Below, in pieces: positions 42,455 through 43,501 of a stretch of DNA of 43,501 nucleotides; within the stretch, counting starts at the first letter, position 1, and the number at the start of each line of letters is the position of its first letter. The position numbers and the translations under genes were made by a program. The DNA is taken from the NCBI GenBank assembly GCA_034226945.1, contig CP120463.1:930001-973501 (forward strand), given 5' to 3'. The notes under the pieces are model-generated. The model saw only the letters and a program-made list of their open reading frames with translations, was not told the DNA's origin and ran no database searches. Origin of the DNA: Picochlorum sp. SENEW3. Its lineage: Eukaryota.

Positions 42455-43501
42455 TCCCATCACGAGAGGAGTTTGACGGGCGAAAAAAACACGTGGTTAC
42501 GAACACGTGTGTTTGTTTTCCTATCCTCCCTCTTCTCCCTATTCTCCTATCGAAGACCTCCTCTGATGGGGGCGCCTGGATATGTGGAGCACAGCAGTCT
42601 TTCTTTGGTGTAAAGCACGACCAGATCTTCCCATTTTTTTCCCACGAAGCGTCGCATTTATATGCTACCCTCATTCCAGCAACACATGAAACCAACATAA
42701 GTAAGCATGCGATGCATGATGATGATATTGACATACTTGTTCCAGCAATGGTGCTACAAAGGACAAGGTGCTTGCCACATCTTGCTACTTGCTTGCTTGC
42801 TGTTGTGAAACAAAGACAATTCTCTTTTCCATTCTTTCTTGTTTCATCCCTTTTACGCATTCTTTTCATATATACGTCTACTATCTCATATGACTATATG
42901 TTGTCTGTGAGTCTATCTCCAGGTTGTTCTCTTCTTGTGTGTGTGTTTTGGTCTGTTCTGTCCTGTTGATTGCTCGTCTAGATTGTTGTGTCATTATGAT
43001 TATTAGCGGGGATTTTTATCTTTCCATTTTGGTTTGCTTTGCTTCTTTTGTGTTGGTTGCTGTTGTTGTTATTGTCTTCTCTTGTTGTTGTAGTAGGAGG
43101 AGGAGGAGCAGTAATAGTAGCAGAGCTTGTGGTGTGCCGTGTCTTTTGTTGTTGTCGTTGTTGTTGTTGTATATATAGTATAGGTGCTTATTATACTACT
43201 TATTATTCTTCTTGATATTGTATTGTATATTCTCGTTCTTTTGGTGGTGTTTTTGGATGTTTTTTTGGTTGGTGTGTTTTTTTGGTTAGGGTATTTTGGT
43301 CTTGTTGGTGGTGTTTTTTCTTGGCTTTATTTTTGATTTTTTGGATATTTTCTTATTTTTGGGTAGTTTGTATATTATTTAATTTAGAAATTGTGTTTAT
43401 TTTTTGTTTGTGTGGTGGGAGTGGGGTGAATATGGTGTTATATACCCTCATTACCCTCACTGCCAAGGAACGACGGTATGCACAGGGTATAGGGTATAGG
43501 G
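42455..43501. repeat. Second copy of the retrotransposon 3'-flank region, running off the window; probable 3' end of the next element
   Basis: tataccctcattaccctc...gccaaggaacgacggtatgcacagggtatagggtataggg occurs at both 34691 and 43441 (offset 8750), preceded by about 450 bp of highly similar T-rich sequence. Confidence 0.88.

Overview
Eukaryotic, very compact green-microalgal nuclear DNA. A chlorophyte, probably Trebouxiophyceae such as a Picochlorum-like alga, is inferred from short GT-AG introns, TGTAA poly(A) signals just after stop codons, plastid-targeted proteins and very short intergenic spacers. The window has two sharply different halves. Positions 1-28.4 kb carry 14 densely packed genes: UBP22-like deubiquitinase (partial), importin-5, a secreted PAN/apple-GH9 endoglucanase, CDC45, a MAP3K-epsilon/Cdc15-like kinase, a plastid FtsH lacking the HEXXH zinc motif, plastid RPL29, PRA isomerase, BRX1, RED/SMU2, KCS, an FG-GAP/NERD1-like protein, thioredoxin m and mitochondrial PDH E1-alpha. 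Positions 28.7-43.5 kb contain no recognisable host gene. They hold (i) a diverged ~850-bp tandem repeat, (ii) a recurring ~31-bp motif in alternating orientations that forms the arms of hairpins with unrelated, variable inserts, often followed by a near-invariant 40-bp box, (iii) a minus-strand non-LTR retrotransposon (putative RRM-like, APE endonuclease, RT, CCHC; two homopolymer frameshifts) with a T/G-skewed 3' flank, a telomere-like hairpin and an antisense Pol III B-box, and (iv) a second copy of that 3' flank 8750 bp away, suggesting a head-to-tail array. The best candidate for an undescribed system is this retroelement-plus-hairpin-array domain, possibly a centromere or subtelomere. 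That interpretation is inference and needs data from outside the window.
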